Shown piece after piece: positions 25,424 to 37,446 of a stretch of DNA of 64,000 nucleotides (position 1 is its first letter; each line of letters begins with the position of its first letter). The stretch spans positions 981,652 through 1,045,651 of the forward strand of contig RDEW01000009.1 in assembly GCA_011109175.1 (NCBI GenBank), in the 5' to 3' direction. Source of the stretch: Dicyema japonicum. Its lineage: Eukaryota > Animalia > Dicyemida. The notes under the pieces were generated by a model. The model had not been told where the DNA came from and did not search any database. It saw only the letters and a program-made list of their open reading frames with translations. Made by a program: the position numbers and the translations under genes.

Positions 25424-25756
25424 ATGTACAACAATGGTTTTCAAGTCAAACATATTTCTAACAATTTTGATGTCCAGCAAAAACAGTCTATCATAGATGA
25501 ATTAAAAAAATATGGGAAAATTTCTAACAAACATACAGGAGGTGCAAAAAACATCAAAATAAAATACAAAATATCTAATTTCATAAGAGAAAGAGTGAAT
25601 GAAGAATGCGATATTTCAAAATGGAAAAAAGTAAAGGATCCAAAACCTAAGAATAATGAAACTCTTTTATTGGCAATTGAAATGAGTCTTCAAGCAATTG
25701 GAAGTGGTGACTGTGAATCGTTCTATATGAAAATGGTTATGAAATCAGTAAATTAA
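25424..25756 (+). mobile_element. Possible Tc1/IS630-like transposase remnant (N-terminal HTH)
   Basis: YNNGFQVKHISNNFDV..SIIDELKKYGKISNKHTGG.KNIKI...FIRERVNEECDI. No DDE core or TIRs found. Confidence 0.4.
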
Positions 25757-25869
25757 TTCTTTTCTTAAAATTATGGTTTTGGTTTTTTTTGAAAATTTCC
25801 CGGATTGATGTGATGAATTCTCAAAGTGATGTGAGTGTTCTCACTTAGACTTGAAAACCCTGTATTGTG

Positions 25870-27250
25870 AAATTATTTCAATTAACTAGCAAGTAGTTCA
25901 CATCCTCTATTTGCTACAATTTTCGTTGGGTAATATTTTACATAATCCAGTTTATGTACGTCGGTCGAGAGGGTGGTGCCCACATCATAGACAAGTCAGG
26001 TTTACCCGGATGTCCTTCGGAACAAAGGATTCTGATTTGTCGATTCGAAGGGTGGCCGGCGTAGAAACAAAACCGATTGTCTGTTTCAGTCAACCCCTTG
26101 GTTGGAAGGGATGGGTAGCATTCGGCTGTCATAATAATTTTTATTTTGTTTAGAGATTTGCATAGAGTGACAGGGATGTCTGGGCTGTAGGTTTTGGAGA
26201 AGAATTGCAGAGCTTTCATTTCCAAATAATCTCCAATGGGAAAGATATTTTATTCCCAGTGAAGATGATCAATGGATTTCAGACATCCAGTAATTGTTCT
26301 AAGGGCGGTGTTTTGGATTTTTGCAGTTTGTCGATATAATTGATGGAGGCATAAGTTGAACAACAAGGACTTGCATAGTTAATCGTGGTTCGAATGAATT
26401 GTTTATGTGCATTGTTCCCCCACATTTTTCGAGAAAGTAAGTAGTTTGTCGAATTTGACTCCAAGTATGTGGAAATTTAGTTGTTGGCGTTTGGATGTGA
26501 ATACAGAGACAGTGTATTTCAAAATAGATGGATGATTTGCTTCAAGCAACTCATCAAGAAAGTAGGTATGAAATGGTAATTTTCCTGAGTAATTTGTACT
26601 TTCGGATTTTCCCGTCCTCTGTCTCCAGATGAGTGTGTCTTTGTCAGAGATTCACCCCAGAAAAGGTCTCAACATATGTGGCCTCCCAGACAAGTGATTT
26701 ACCGCATCCATAAATACCGCATCCATAAAGAACAAAGGAGAGTAGGGGCCGTCAGGAGATCCTGGCCTCCTTGAGCAGCCGCCTCATCTTTTATCGGTGT
26801 TCTTCCTGAGTGCCGACACATTTTCGGTGTGGACGAATGACTTTTTGGAGGTTTTAGTGGTTTTGGCAGAGCTCCCGTATTCCTCACGAGTTCCTCGAAC
26901 AGGGTTGGTTTTAATATCGAGGAGGAAGATCGTTGTAGGGTCTTTGTTACTGTCTCTTGGAAGGAGCTTATTTTATCTAGGTTGTTGTGGGATATGTTGT
27001 TACCCCATGCCGCGCATCAGTAGCTGATTGACGGAAGTATATATTGGTAGTAGAGATGACTGTTGGGAGGAACCATCTCTTGTAGTATCCAAGTAGCGTT
27101 TTTACAAAGTTCAATTTTCGCTGGGAAGAGGAGATTATGTTGCGCACATATTTGCTGAAGATCATTAGTGGGTCATACGTGACCCACAGTATTTTGGTTA
27201 AATTTGTGGAGGGGATTGTTATTCCAGATATGGTCAATGAAGGTGCCGAG
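25870..27250 (-). mobile_element. Degraded LINE ORF2 fragments
   Basis: TIPSTNLTKILWVTYDPLMIFSKYV and FIRTTINYASPCC...IDKLQKS. Confidence 0.7.
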
Positions 27251-27262
27251 TTGTCAATCTTC

Positions 27263-27880
27263 TATTATTATTATTATTATTTAAGCACTTCACAAGAGCC
27301 ATACTAATTATAGCCCCGCATGTGCAGCAAAAGAAACAAGGTTAGATGTCATCCTTTTCCATGCTCCCCTGTTCCTAGCCAAGGCTCTCATGCTGTCCAG
27401 GTCGTCGGCATTTGTTAGATTTTTTTTTATACTGACCAGGTCTTTTTGTAAGACTATTGGCAGTGTTGTTCTTGGTCTTCCCCGATAGCGGCCTTCTTGA
27501 CTAACATAGTATGTTTCCATAGATATGTTCGGTGGGGAAGTTAATTCCATCCTCAGCACGTGTCCGAAGAGCCTCCATCGGGATTCCAGTACTTCTAAGC
27601 TGATAGGTCTAGTGCTGCATCTCTTATATAAAGCATTCCTAGATATTCTCGTAGGCCAAGTAGTTCCTGTTATTTTTCTCAGCTGACCTCTGTGGAACGA
27701 GTCTAGTTTTTTCATATCCGCTGATGAGGTCGCCCAAGTTCCAGCGTTATATATAAAATCATGGAGCACGACTTTTCAGTAAAAATCATGGAGCACGACT
27801 TTTCAGGACTTGTGTGTAGTTGGTCTTAGTAAGCCAACAGTTCAGGTTGTCCAGTAATTCTTGTAAGCGGGTACCCTCTG
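27263..27880 (-). mobile_element. Young RTE-clade LINE 3' end with (TAA)n tail
   Basis: Open 153-aa ORF YNAGTW..KLDSFHRGQLRKITG..RWRLFGHVLRM..RGRPRTT..ARNRGAWK, then a short 3' UTR and a taataataa tail at 27263-27282. Confidence 0.88.
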
Positions 27881-29262
27881 TGTGGATGCACAAATTATAA
27901 GATATTAAATAAAAATTATTTAAGTACAATAATTTTTATTTAATTAAATAAAATAATTAAATGACAGTGATTTGACAGAGACAACTTGAAAATAATTAGC
28001 AATATTAAGAATTAAATTAATTAAGAATAATATTGAACGATGAATCTATGGATACTGGGGACAATTGGTCAAGAAATCATAGCAAACTCAATTTATGTTT
28101 AATAGACGATTCATATGAATTGGGCAAAATCTGGGGGAATACCTTATGCCACTGAATTTTTTGGAAAACCTCTCCTTTCCATACGATTTTAAGCGTCAAT
28201 TAGTCTGCAGAGAATTGTTTCTTAGGAAATCGTTAGATAAAGACGATATTCAGCGTTCAACCGACAGTTAGTAAAGATCTTGGCTAGCTCTTGCCATAAG
28301 GTTTGTGTTGGACATTTCACGTGCTTCATGCATGGAATCACATTACTATTCATAATCGTTGAGCTTCTGACGGATGATCTTTCAAGTTTGTTTAATTTAA
28401 GGATAAACCTCATTTGAACCTGGATCTTACCTTTATTTGACGCCTCCTTGTCGGAACTTAGGGTTTCGATATCCCCCGAGTCAGTCACTTCAATCATGAT
28501 CACGAAAATAAAGATGACAGGGCTTTCCACGCGTCACCACTTCAACATCCCATCACTCAACCAACTGGTAAAGTAATCTCATCGATAAACTCTTAATTCC
28601 CCACACGTTCGATCTTGGATTATCAAATTGGTGCCCAATCACATCTATTAAGTACAAATTATGAAATTTTACACAAAATTAATTACAAAAACCGCAATTC
28701 TGCTATTTCCTTTTCTAAACAATTTGAGTGATTTAACTGTTAAATGTTCAAGCAATTACCGAAAATCTAATGAATCGTTGCTATCCATAACTTCCTTAGA
28801 ACCTATTCTATACGTGGCAGATGATCCTTCAGGTCAAAAGAGTTCCTAACCCTGATCCCACGTGCGTCTGACGCTTCCTTGTTCAGAACTTAAGGTTTCC
28901 GACTATCCTGAGTCCGTCATTTCGTGAGGAAAACAAGGGCTCTCGCCCATCATGAAACTAACCAAAAATTTTTGCGATGCAGACCACCACGTCAATCCCC
29001 AAGACAGTAGTTAGACCACGTGGTAAATTCTATCTTGAACTTGATTATTTATTTCTTCTGGAGACTTCAAAACCACAAATAAATATTGATTGAGTTCTTG
29101 AAACAAGTCGACAATAAAAGCCCTCTCCGAGCAAGCTACGAGCCCTAAGTTGGGAGTTTCCTATCAAAGATCATAAATTTGGAAATAAGGTTTAATCAAA
29201 TTAGAGGTCGTTATGACACAAACCGCACAAGCTATTTAAGAGAATTTTGCGTACAATACACA

Positions 29263-31693
29263 ATGCTGCACTTTCTGCTGCTGTTTATTGCAGACACTCA
29301 TGGTAGACGATTTGGCGCATTTTCAGGATATTCCAACATCGGGGGACTGAAGTACTACGAGCCTGTTTTGTACGATACTACAGAAACGGAACTCGGATAC
29401 CGCCGATTACTGGGGGATCGACAAACTTATTTAAATTTAAATCTTTACATGTTCAATAGGTTGGTGGTTGGGGTAATCATACAGAACATATAAGTGGAAG
29501 TCAAGTTGATGACTTATCACTTGGAAGTGTCAATGAATAATTCAAAGTTCACTGAAAGTCCCCTTTACTACAGGGAAGAGTAATAGGTTAGCTTCCTCGT
29601 TGTCAGATTTCGTAGGAGAGTCTGTTTCTTTCGTCACTGGTCACGTGGATGGAGGACATTTCAGAGGCAAGGTTACTACTGGAAGTCATAAATTTGAAAT
29701 ATTTCCCGCTCATTACTTCAAAGAGTTAAATTCCGACTCAAATATCCATACAATTGGATTTCGGCTATCTTCTGAGAATGGAAGTGATCTTAAAAATCTG
29801 TAAGAGTACACTGTGATGATTTGTAGGTCAATCTTACGTTGTGGTCACGGAGATCTAGTAAATGTGGGGACCAATCATTCCCACAAGTCAAAGTCAAAGC
29901 GTTCAGTGGTTTCTGGTCCAATGATGTGTGACATTAAAGTCTACGTTGATTATGAGTTTTATCAACGTGTTATGGCATTGGTTGATGGGGGATATTAGTA
30001 TAATAGAGAGGGACGGAGGCTCAGGCTGTGATCTTTATATTAAATGAGGTTAAACTACTGTTATCGGAGACCTCCCATATTTATCAAACTACAGAGTTCA
30101 CAGATGGGAGTAATGTTTATGATAACGTCATGATTGTCCCCATTATGATATTAGTCCTCATATTTTATGATCAAATAGATCGACACCAAGAATAATTGGG
30201 GGATATCAAGTATTGGGAGTGTCGATGTTTCTCAACATCTCAACAGCTTCACCTCAGAGTTCGCTTCAGACAATAAGGACGAATGTGCCCGACTGTTAAT
30301 AACGGGGATATCCCACCAAGATGTGATCGGACTGGCCAATGTGGGTCAAGGTCCCCCATTTTGCATACTTAAGATGGGACCGACTCAGGGATATGCGGGA
30401 GACTGAACACAATGTTCATCTCCGTACATTCAAACTCAAACACTTTCATCTCCCTTCAGGAATCAACAGTTCTTCTTGCCCACGAAATTGGCCATCTTTT
30501 ATCGTCGGAGGTATGTCGGTCGTATTAGTTTAGCACGACCCCCCTGGGACAGACTGTTTGCCGGGAGAAAGCAGTAAAAATGGGAATTATATAATGACTG
30601 CATATGCCTCCTCAGTCAAGAAATACAACACGGACAAGTTCTCCCAATGTTCCATTAAGCAGATGGGGTCCTTCATCTCTTATAAAAGAAGTTGCTTCAA
30701 AGGTCCACTTTATGAACATTAATAGACAAATATGTCCCTATTTGTGGGGATGGGATCCTCGATAAGGGCGAACATTGCGAACCTCAGTCAGGGAATGATC
30801 CCTGCTGCGACAAAAACTGTAAATTCAAAGATACTACATACACGTGCAGGTAATAAAACGTTATAATTGAGTGCCCTTCATGGACCTTGTTGTTTCAACT
30901 GCAAAATGGCTACTGCAGCCGATAACCACGAGTGTAAGAAAGAAACCCAATGTTCCACGACATCCATGTGTATTATTCGACCTTAACCCCCAGGTGACGG
31001 GGCGAGTTATGAATGTCCTTCCTCCAAAGGGAGAAATGAAAACAAGGTCTGTAATATCACCAGTGAGAGAGAAAACCGATTTTTCTTGTGCAATAATGGG
31101 GTATATCAGGGCTTATTCTGTAGGCCTGCAATGGGTCCATCTGTGGACTCGACAGTGGTGGACTCAGTGCTTACCACACACCGACGATGCGATTCAGAAT
31201 TGTCTAATGGGCTGTGAAAATAGGGCCCATCCGACGTCATGCGTACTCTCAAACGATATGGGCAAATTACCCCCAAAGGTGGTCAGTTTCTTGATCGACA
31301 AAAATCTTAAATCGCTGACAACCCCGATTTGTATAAGCGAATTTGTATTCCGTAGACAGTCAGTGCTTCAAGAACATGAAGCAGACGGCATCTGACAGAT
31401 CATTCTGTGACGCCAAGCACATATGCCGTGATAAAATCGCCGATACGTCAATAGACTCAATAATACGGAAAATATTGAATAGCAACCTGTTTACGACTAT
31501 ATACAACAATCTGAAAGTAACCTTTATAATTATTAAGAAAAATGTGTGGATAATTGCTGTAGTCGTTGTCGCCTTTATCATCCTTTCGTTCGTTTTGGTT
31601 CTTGTTTGTGCTCCACCGATAAAAGGAGACAACGTGCATGTCTGTAGAAGATTCACAATCCACACATCTAAATACAACAAAGTTCTGGCTTGA
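29263..31693 (+). CDS. ADAM10: ADAM10/Kuzbanian-like metalloprotease-disintegrin
   Basis: Signal MLHFLLLFIADTH; prodomain VTGHVDGGHFRGKV; furin site KSKR. Catalytic GLANV..GICGRLNT..LAHEIGHLLSSE|HD..NGNYIM..KFSQCS. Disintegrin ICGDGILDKGEHCE..DPCCD; TM WIIAVVVVAFIILSFVLVLV. Some 1-nt frameshifts. Confidence 0.9.
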
Positions 31694-31849
31694 ATTTATT
31701 GTTAGAGTATAAGAGAACCATCCCCAATACCTCTTAATTAACTATAACCTTTAACTGCTGTTTAAATATTCTACTTAACCACTTTGATAGTTTATGGTGT
31801 TATTTCACTACCATTCACCAGTAAGGTTGGCAACGAAAAAGTGATGATA

Positions 31850-33650
31850 GGCCTATTCTGCCTTTACTCTTATGACTCCGTTCTTCCATAAGTTCTATAG
31901 AATGAGTGGGGCCAAGTCAGAGAATATCTTCAAGAAGGGGAATAGGTAGGACAGGGGTGCGATCTAAGAGTCAGAGAGCTAGTTCAAAAATCTAGAGCGA
32001 ATCTGGAAGAGGAACAGGGTGCTATCTTTCCAAGAAAAACTTCAGACTGGTTAACAGGTAGGACAGTTCCTCAAGCATCGATATGATAGTGGATAGCTTT
32101 CGATCTGATTTTAGATATGGCTGGGTGGGAATTAAATAAGAGGAAAATGCTGCCTTCTATCATTGGCCTCATCATCCTCGCTAAGTGATTTCCATGATCT
32201 AGCCCAGTCTCTGTATGCTGGGAGTTAAAAAAGATGTCTACGTATGATAAATGCTGTGCCCTTAAAAATAGTTAATCGTGTCACATATACTTAGAGTTTT
32301 GGTAGCTAAATTTGAACTCTTGGATCTTCTTTAGGTCGTTTTGCCATATATGCTCTCCATGTGGTGGAGCTGATGGTTGGATAGATGTATGAGAAGTGCC
32401 TTTGCGAATATAAACGATAATGAATAACTGCGACAAAATAGTAAAATTACACATTCGAATGCTACAAATGACTTTTTAATAGTTAACAGTAACATTCTAC
32501 CTCAACAAGATCTAGGAACGAGGCTCGTGTGTTGATGGTCCTCACGAAACACATGTGTATGAAATACATCCCCGATGTACTGCTTGTGCACGATGGCTTC
32601 CTATCTTCCACAATCTTAAGTAATCCCAGCACATACAGTCATAACTAATTAATCCAAAGAAGGAACACAAGGAAGAACGTCTGCTATGCCGACCAAATCC
32701 ATCCTCCATTACAGACTTTCGCTTCCGAAGAGAGCTGGAGAAGTAGGTTCGCCCTCTTCATTTTCGTCGCACGTCCTACCATCGCGGACATCGCTTCATT
32801 CTTAGGCGGAATAGTTTTCATAATGGATTCGAAACCACGACCTTGAGATCCGATGTGATCAGACATTACGTTCAGCCAGAAGGCCCAGCACAGGAGTTGG
32901 TCAGGAGAATACATTTATCTTGTCAGAAATAATATATTATTTATTTATAAATAATAATATTAACAATAGTTTGGCATTATTAATCCCACTGTATGTCAAG
33001 GAGCATATTGGTTGATCATTTAGCCACTCGGTGCGGATCCATGCTCTGCCACGACTATGTGTGGAGGCATAACGAGGTAGTAAGGAGTCTTCATCTTCTA
33101 CTATGCAATAAGTATGGTATTCGCCACACCAGAAAGTCGCGGACTCATAAGATACAATCTATAGTGAAGAACACCAGGGTCCAAATCAAGGTAGACAGTG
33201 TTATCCGAACCTCGGCGTTATTCAAGCACAATAAACCGGACATTATGGTACATGATAAGGAGTCTGGCCAAGTCCTTATCATAGAAGTTGGCATTACGTC
33301 TCAAGACCGTTTGCTGACTGTGGAGGTGGAGAAAAAAGGAAGTAATACTTGGTTGCAAGGTCCTCGTTATTCCAATAGTAATGACGTGGGAAGGAATTGC
33401 TACAAAGTACCACAGGGGTTATCTAAAACAGTTAGCGGTAGATAGGAAGCTCCAGGCCAATCTACAATTAACTGTATAAAAGCGGACCCTAGAGAACCTG
33501 ACACTGGAGTATAGGAGGCAGAGCCCAAAGATGCCATATGGCCAGAGGGTTCAATTGGACAAGGTGCTCTCGGAGTTGTTTCAGCAACCAGATTCGAACC
33601 TTACTGAAAAGGCCGGCGAACAGACAGGCGAGGAAGGTTGTTGATTATTA
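31850..33650 (+). mobile_element. R4/Dong-like RLE-type retrotransposon remnant, interrupted by later insertions
   Basis: DHLATRCGSMLCHDYVWRHNEVVRSLH...NKPDIMVHDKESGQVLIIEVGIT...EKK (zinc knuckle, RHN, PD-(D/E)xK). Confidence 0.8.
32642..32886 (-). mobile_element. tRNA-derived SINE family 2
   Basis: A-box-like tggctgaacg and B-box-like ggtttcgaatcc. Unrelated body, but the 3' tail ttccttgtgttccttctttggattaattagtta resembles family 1. Confidence 0.6.
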
Positions 33651-33804
33651 AATATTAACTTTTTTATTGTTGGTTAAATAAAGTGGGTAAAATAATTTGG
33701 TTATAGAATTATTTACAATAAAAATGTATATTTAAAAAATAAAAAACTAAATTTTAGTGTGGAGAACCTAACTTTATCTCATCAAGAAATAATTATAAAA
33801 TCAA

Positions 33805-35055
33805 ATGAAACTGTTATATTTCGCAATATCATTAGCAGCCATCAGCGCTTACACGTATAGCTCGTAAATATTATAGAATAAAATTAAAAAAAGGTTATTT
33901 GTCTAAGAGCAAACGATTTTCGAGGATGATTCTACTGGAGTAACAAAATAGTAATCGGTGACTACAACCAAGTAAGGTTAAATGACTATAGAGATTCAAT
34001 ATTACGGGAAGATATACATTGGGACCCCAAGGAAACTATTCACAGTCTTGTTCGACACGGGATCCTCAAATCTGTGGATTTATTCCAACCTGTGCAACTG
34101 CTCTAATGGTACATTAAATCAATTCAGTGGGAGTTAAAAAATTCAGCAGCAACCAATCATCGACTTATCGACCGAACGGAACCTCCATTAAGATCCGCTA
34201 CATAATGGGATCAGTCTCGGGGTACATCGGGGAGGACGACTTTTTGGTTACTTTTATTGTGACCCCAAAGATTGCTGGAATCACAGTTAAAGGCCTCAAC
34301 TTTGGGGAGATCACGAATAGATCACGAAACTTCAAATATGCCAATTTTGATGGAATTTTCGGAATGGGGTACCCTAACCTTGCAGTCGATCGGTTGATCC
34401 CCCCAATTCAAGCTATGAAGAACCAAAAACTTATAAAACGATCAATTTTCTCGTTTTACTTGTCACAGTACTTAACCACCTCTAATCTGTAGAAATTCGG
34501 AAGAGGATGGGGAACTCACTATTGGGTTCATTGACAGGTCTCGTTACGTTGGGGGGATTACGTGGATTCCTGTCATCGAGAAGTTCTACTGGAAGATATA
34601 CAGCGACAGGTTAGTGGTTCGTAGTAGTATAGGATAATTTTCCGAGATTCAATTTGGAGAAGACTGAGGTGATCATTGACTCGGGACATCACTGATGGTT
34701 GTCCCGCCTGATTTCCTCAAACGGATTTACTTATATGTGAATGCTACAATAGAGAATACATTTGTGGGAATAGTGGGGGTTATTTTAGGGATTCGTAGAT
34801 TGCAGTCAAATGAATTCGTTTGACCCCCTGATATTCGTATTTCAAGGAAGAGAGTTTATAATGATGCCTAAGGATTACATTCTAGTCGCCGACAAGGCTT
34901 ACTACCCTGTACTCGAGCCTGGGGAGAAAATTTGTTTCATGGGATTTCAACCCTCCCTGGAAGACTACTTCATTCTGGGGGATAACTTTATAAGGAAGTT
35001 CTACAGTGTCTTTGATTTTGAGACTGACTCTGTGGGCCTGGCTTATGCAGTTTAA
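33805..35055 (+). CDS. Cathepsin D/E-like A1 aspartic protease
   Basis: Signal [16 protein letters not shown]; [20 protein letters not shown]; [10 protein letters not shown]; second catalytic IDSG (34678, followed by a 1-nt homopolymer deletion); [15 protein letters not shown]...VGLA. Confidence 0.93.
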
Positions 35056-36578
35056 CCCTCATGTTGACCTTTATTGATATTTAATTTATTTTGATTATCT
35101 CGATAAAAAACCAACAAACTGATTATTTTAAAAGAACATAGCGATCGGTCGGTGAAGTTGAAATCCCAGAAAATTGATGACTTACAAGAAGCTGATTTAA
35201 GTTATCCTTGTTCCCTCAGAATATAGTTTGCCATGACATGTGAGATATCTGTGCAGATCAGGAAGGCCAATAAATCCAGAGGTCGCTGTTAACTAATGAA
35301 AATCTGCTTGACTGAGGTAATCGATGAAACTGGAACCTAAGGCACGTGATGAACAATGGTAATCGATGATTCAACAAATTCGTGGGAAATGCCATTCTGT
35401 AATCGAAAAAATAGCCTCAAAGGAGTAACTAAGTTCCTTAGAGTTCGCTCAGCAAAGCTAGTTTCCGAGAAGGGTCAAAGCTATAGAGTAAGCATGGCTT
35501 AAAACCTACTGCCTCATGATGAACAGTACTCGCAGTATTCTCATCTTCCAGGTGGATAAAAAGACCATCTCCCAAGCCGGAATTATATAATTGTCCGAAA
35601 AGGATCTGTCCCCAACTCAATATCCACAACTTCCAACGAATGACGTATGGATTATTGTCATCCCAATGGTATTTCTTGTGGGAACTGGAAAGTATCCCTT
35701 CTGAAATCAATGGTATTCGTCCCCTTCCTATTAAATGGGATATTAGTCTTATAGCTGCACTATTTTATAATTTTGGTGGTTGTTGTTACGCACATAATCA
35801 GTACATCCCCCAAGACTCAATGTAAGCCGCGGAAATCCTGGAATATATAAAAGAATTTAAAAATTCATTGGATATTGTCGTACCCTTCCTGAATAAGGTG
35901 GCGATCTTTTAGACCATCAGGACTCTACGGGAAAGTGGAGGATCTCGGAAGTGACCTGACTCGGTGTACTTCCAATCATTGAAATCGTCATTAAATAAAA
36001 GGCAGAGGATTGTGTAGAGAAAATGGAAACTACTGGAAGAACATCTCGGATCAGAGGTAAATAGCGCGTGCAAGCTTAGTCGAAATAATTGAGCTTTCTT
36101 TTTTTATATCCTCTACAAAATCGATCACGGGGACAACTGCAAGTGGATTAGTGGAGTTGACAGATATCCCAAAGTCAGAGGGTAAATAACGTTTCTAAGA
36201 GGAGGAAGGTCTAGGCGAGAACATCAATTTGACTATTTCACTCAAATACAATCCAAACTCCCTGAATGAGTAGGTCAAATGTTGCGTGAATAAATGGTTA
36301 CCATGACAACCGTTACTCCCTCAGCTTCTGTAGTCCAAAATAGAGATAAAATCTACAAATGATAGAACCCACTAATAGTAAACTGAAATAGATAGAATTA
36401 ATCTCCATTCACTACACCCTTCTTTATAATAGGTTATGCATAGTAACCATTTATGGCCACGACACTATAGATGATGACACGTGCTACACTAGTCTTAAAT
36501 AACTTCTGAATGACAAGTTAACGATATGATTCACTTTTATGTTAATATATGACAGATAACTAACCAAAGCCGATCAAA

Positions 36579-36987
36579 TAAGAATATCAATGATTTCAAG
36601 TCATAAGTAAACTAGTATGGATATCAATAATGCCAAGTCACACACGTACCCTAAGTAAAGCAGGTGGAGTATCAATGATGTCAAGTATCCCATGTGTCAT
36701 AAGTAAGATTATAAATGATATCAAGCCACCCACGTGTCCTGAGTAGCCCAGGTAAGAGTATCAACAATGCCAAGTAAGCCACGTACCCTAAATAAGGCAG
36801 GTAAGAGTATCAATGATGTCATTCACTAACATGTACTGAGTAAGGCAGGTAAGAGTATCAATGATGTCAAGTAACCCACTTGTCATAAGTAAGGCAGGTA
36901 AGAGTATCAGTGATGTCAAGTAACCCACTTGTCATAAGTAAGGCAGGTAAGAGCATCGGTAATGTCAAGTAACCCACTTGTCTTTAG
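36579..36987. repeat. 49-bp minisatellite, ~9 copies, most homogeneous at the 3' end
   Basis: Unit aaggcaggtaagagtatcaatgatgtcaagtaacccacttgtcataagt (starts at 36842, 36891, 36940). Confidence 0.9.
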
Positions 36988-37446
36988 AAACTCAAATAAG
37001 AAAGTCAGTAAATAAATAAAATCAATTGATTCAAAATTGCTAGTATAACCACAATTATTAGAATTGCGGTTAAATTTAATAGTCAGTGTCCTCTAGATAC
37101 ACCAGTTCAACAAAAACAGAGTTTTAGAACAAGTATAGATCTTAAATTTGACTTGATCGACTTTTGATGTAAAATGCAAAATATGCATAATTTAAGCAAA
37201 ACAGAACCAATACAAACAACCAACCAATAAATAATTCTAAGATAATGAGACGTACGTAATTTACTGGGAAAATATCAGGAAAGTAGGATTACTTAATGAC
37301 AGAAAAGGGGATAATTAGGGATTTGGAGACAATTTAGTGGTAATTTTATTATATTAAAATAAAAAAAATTAAATTATTTTTTTTATTTTATAATTTTTGG
37401 TTAACTAGTAAATTATAATAAAATATTATAAAACTGACTTTTATGA

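Noticed and set aside
36161-36180. Protein kinase (SDFGISV on minus strand)
   Set aside because: No HRD, APE or glycine-rich loop motifs found nearby.
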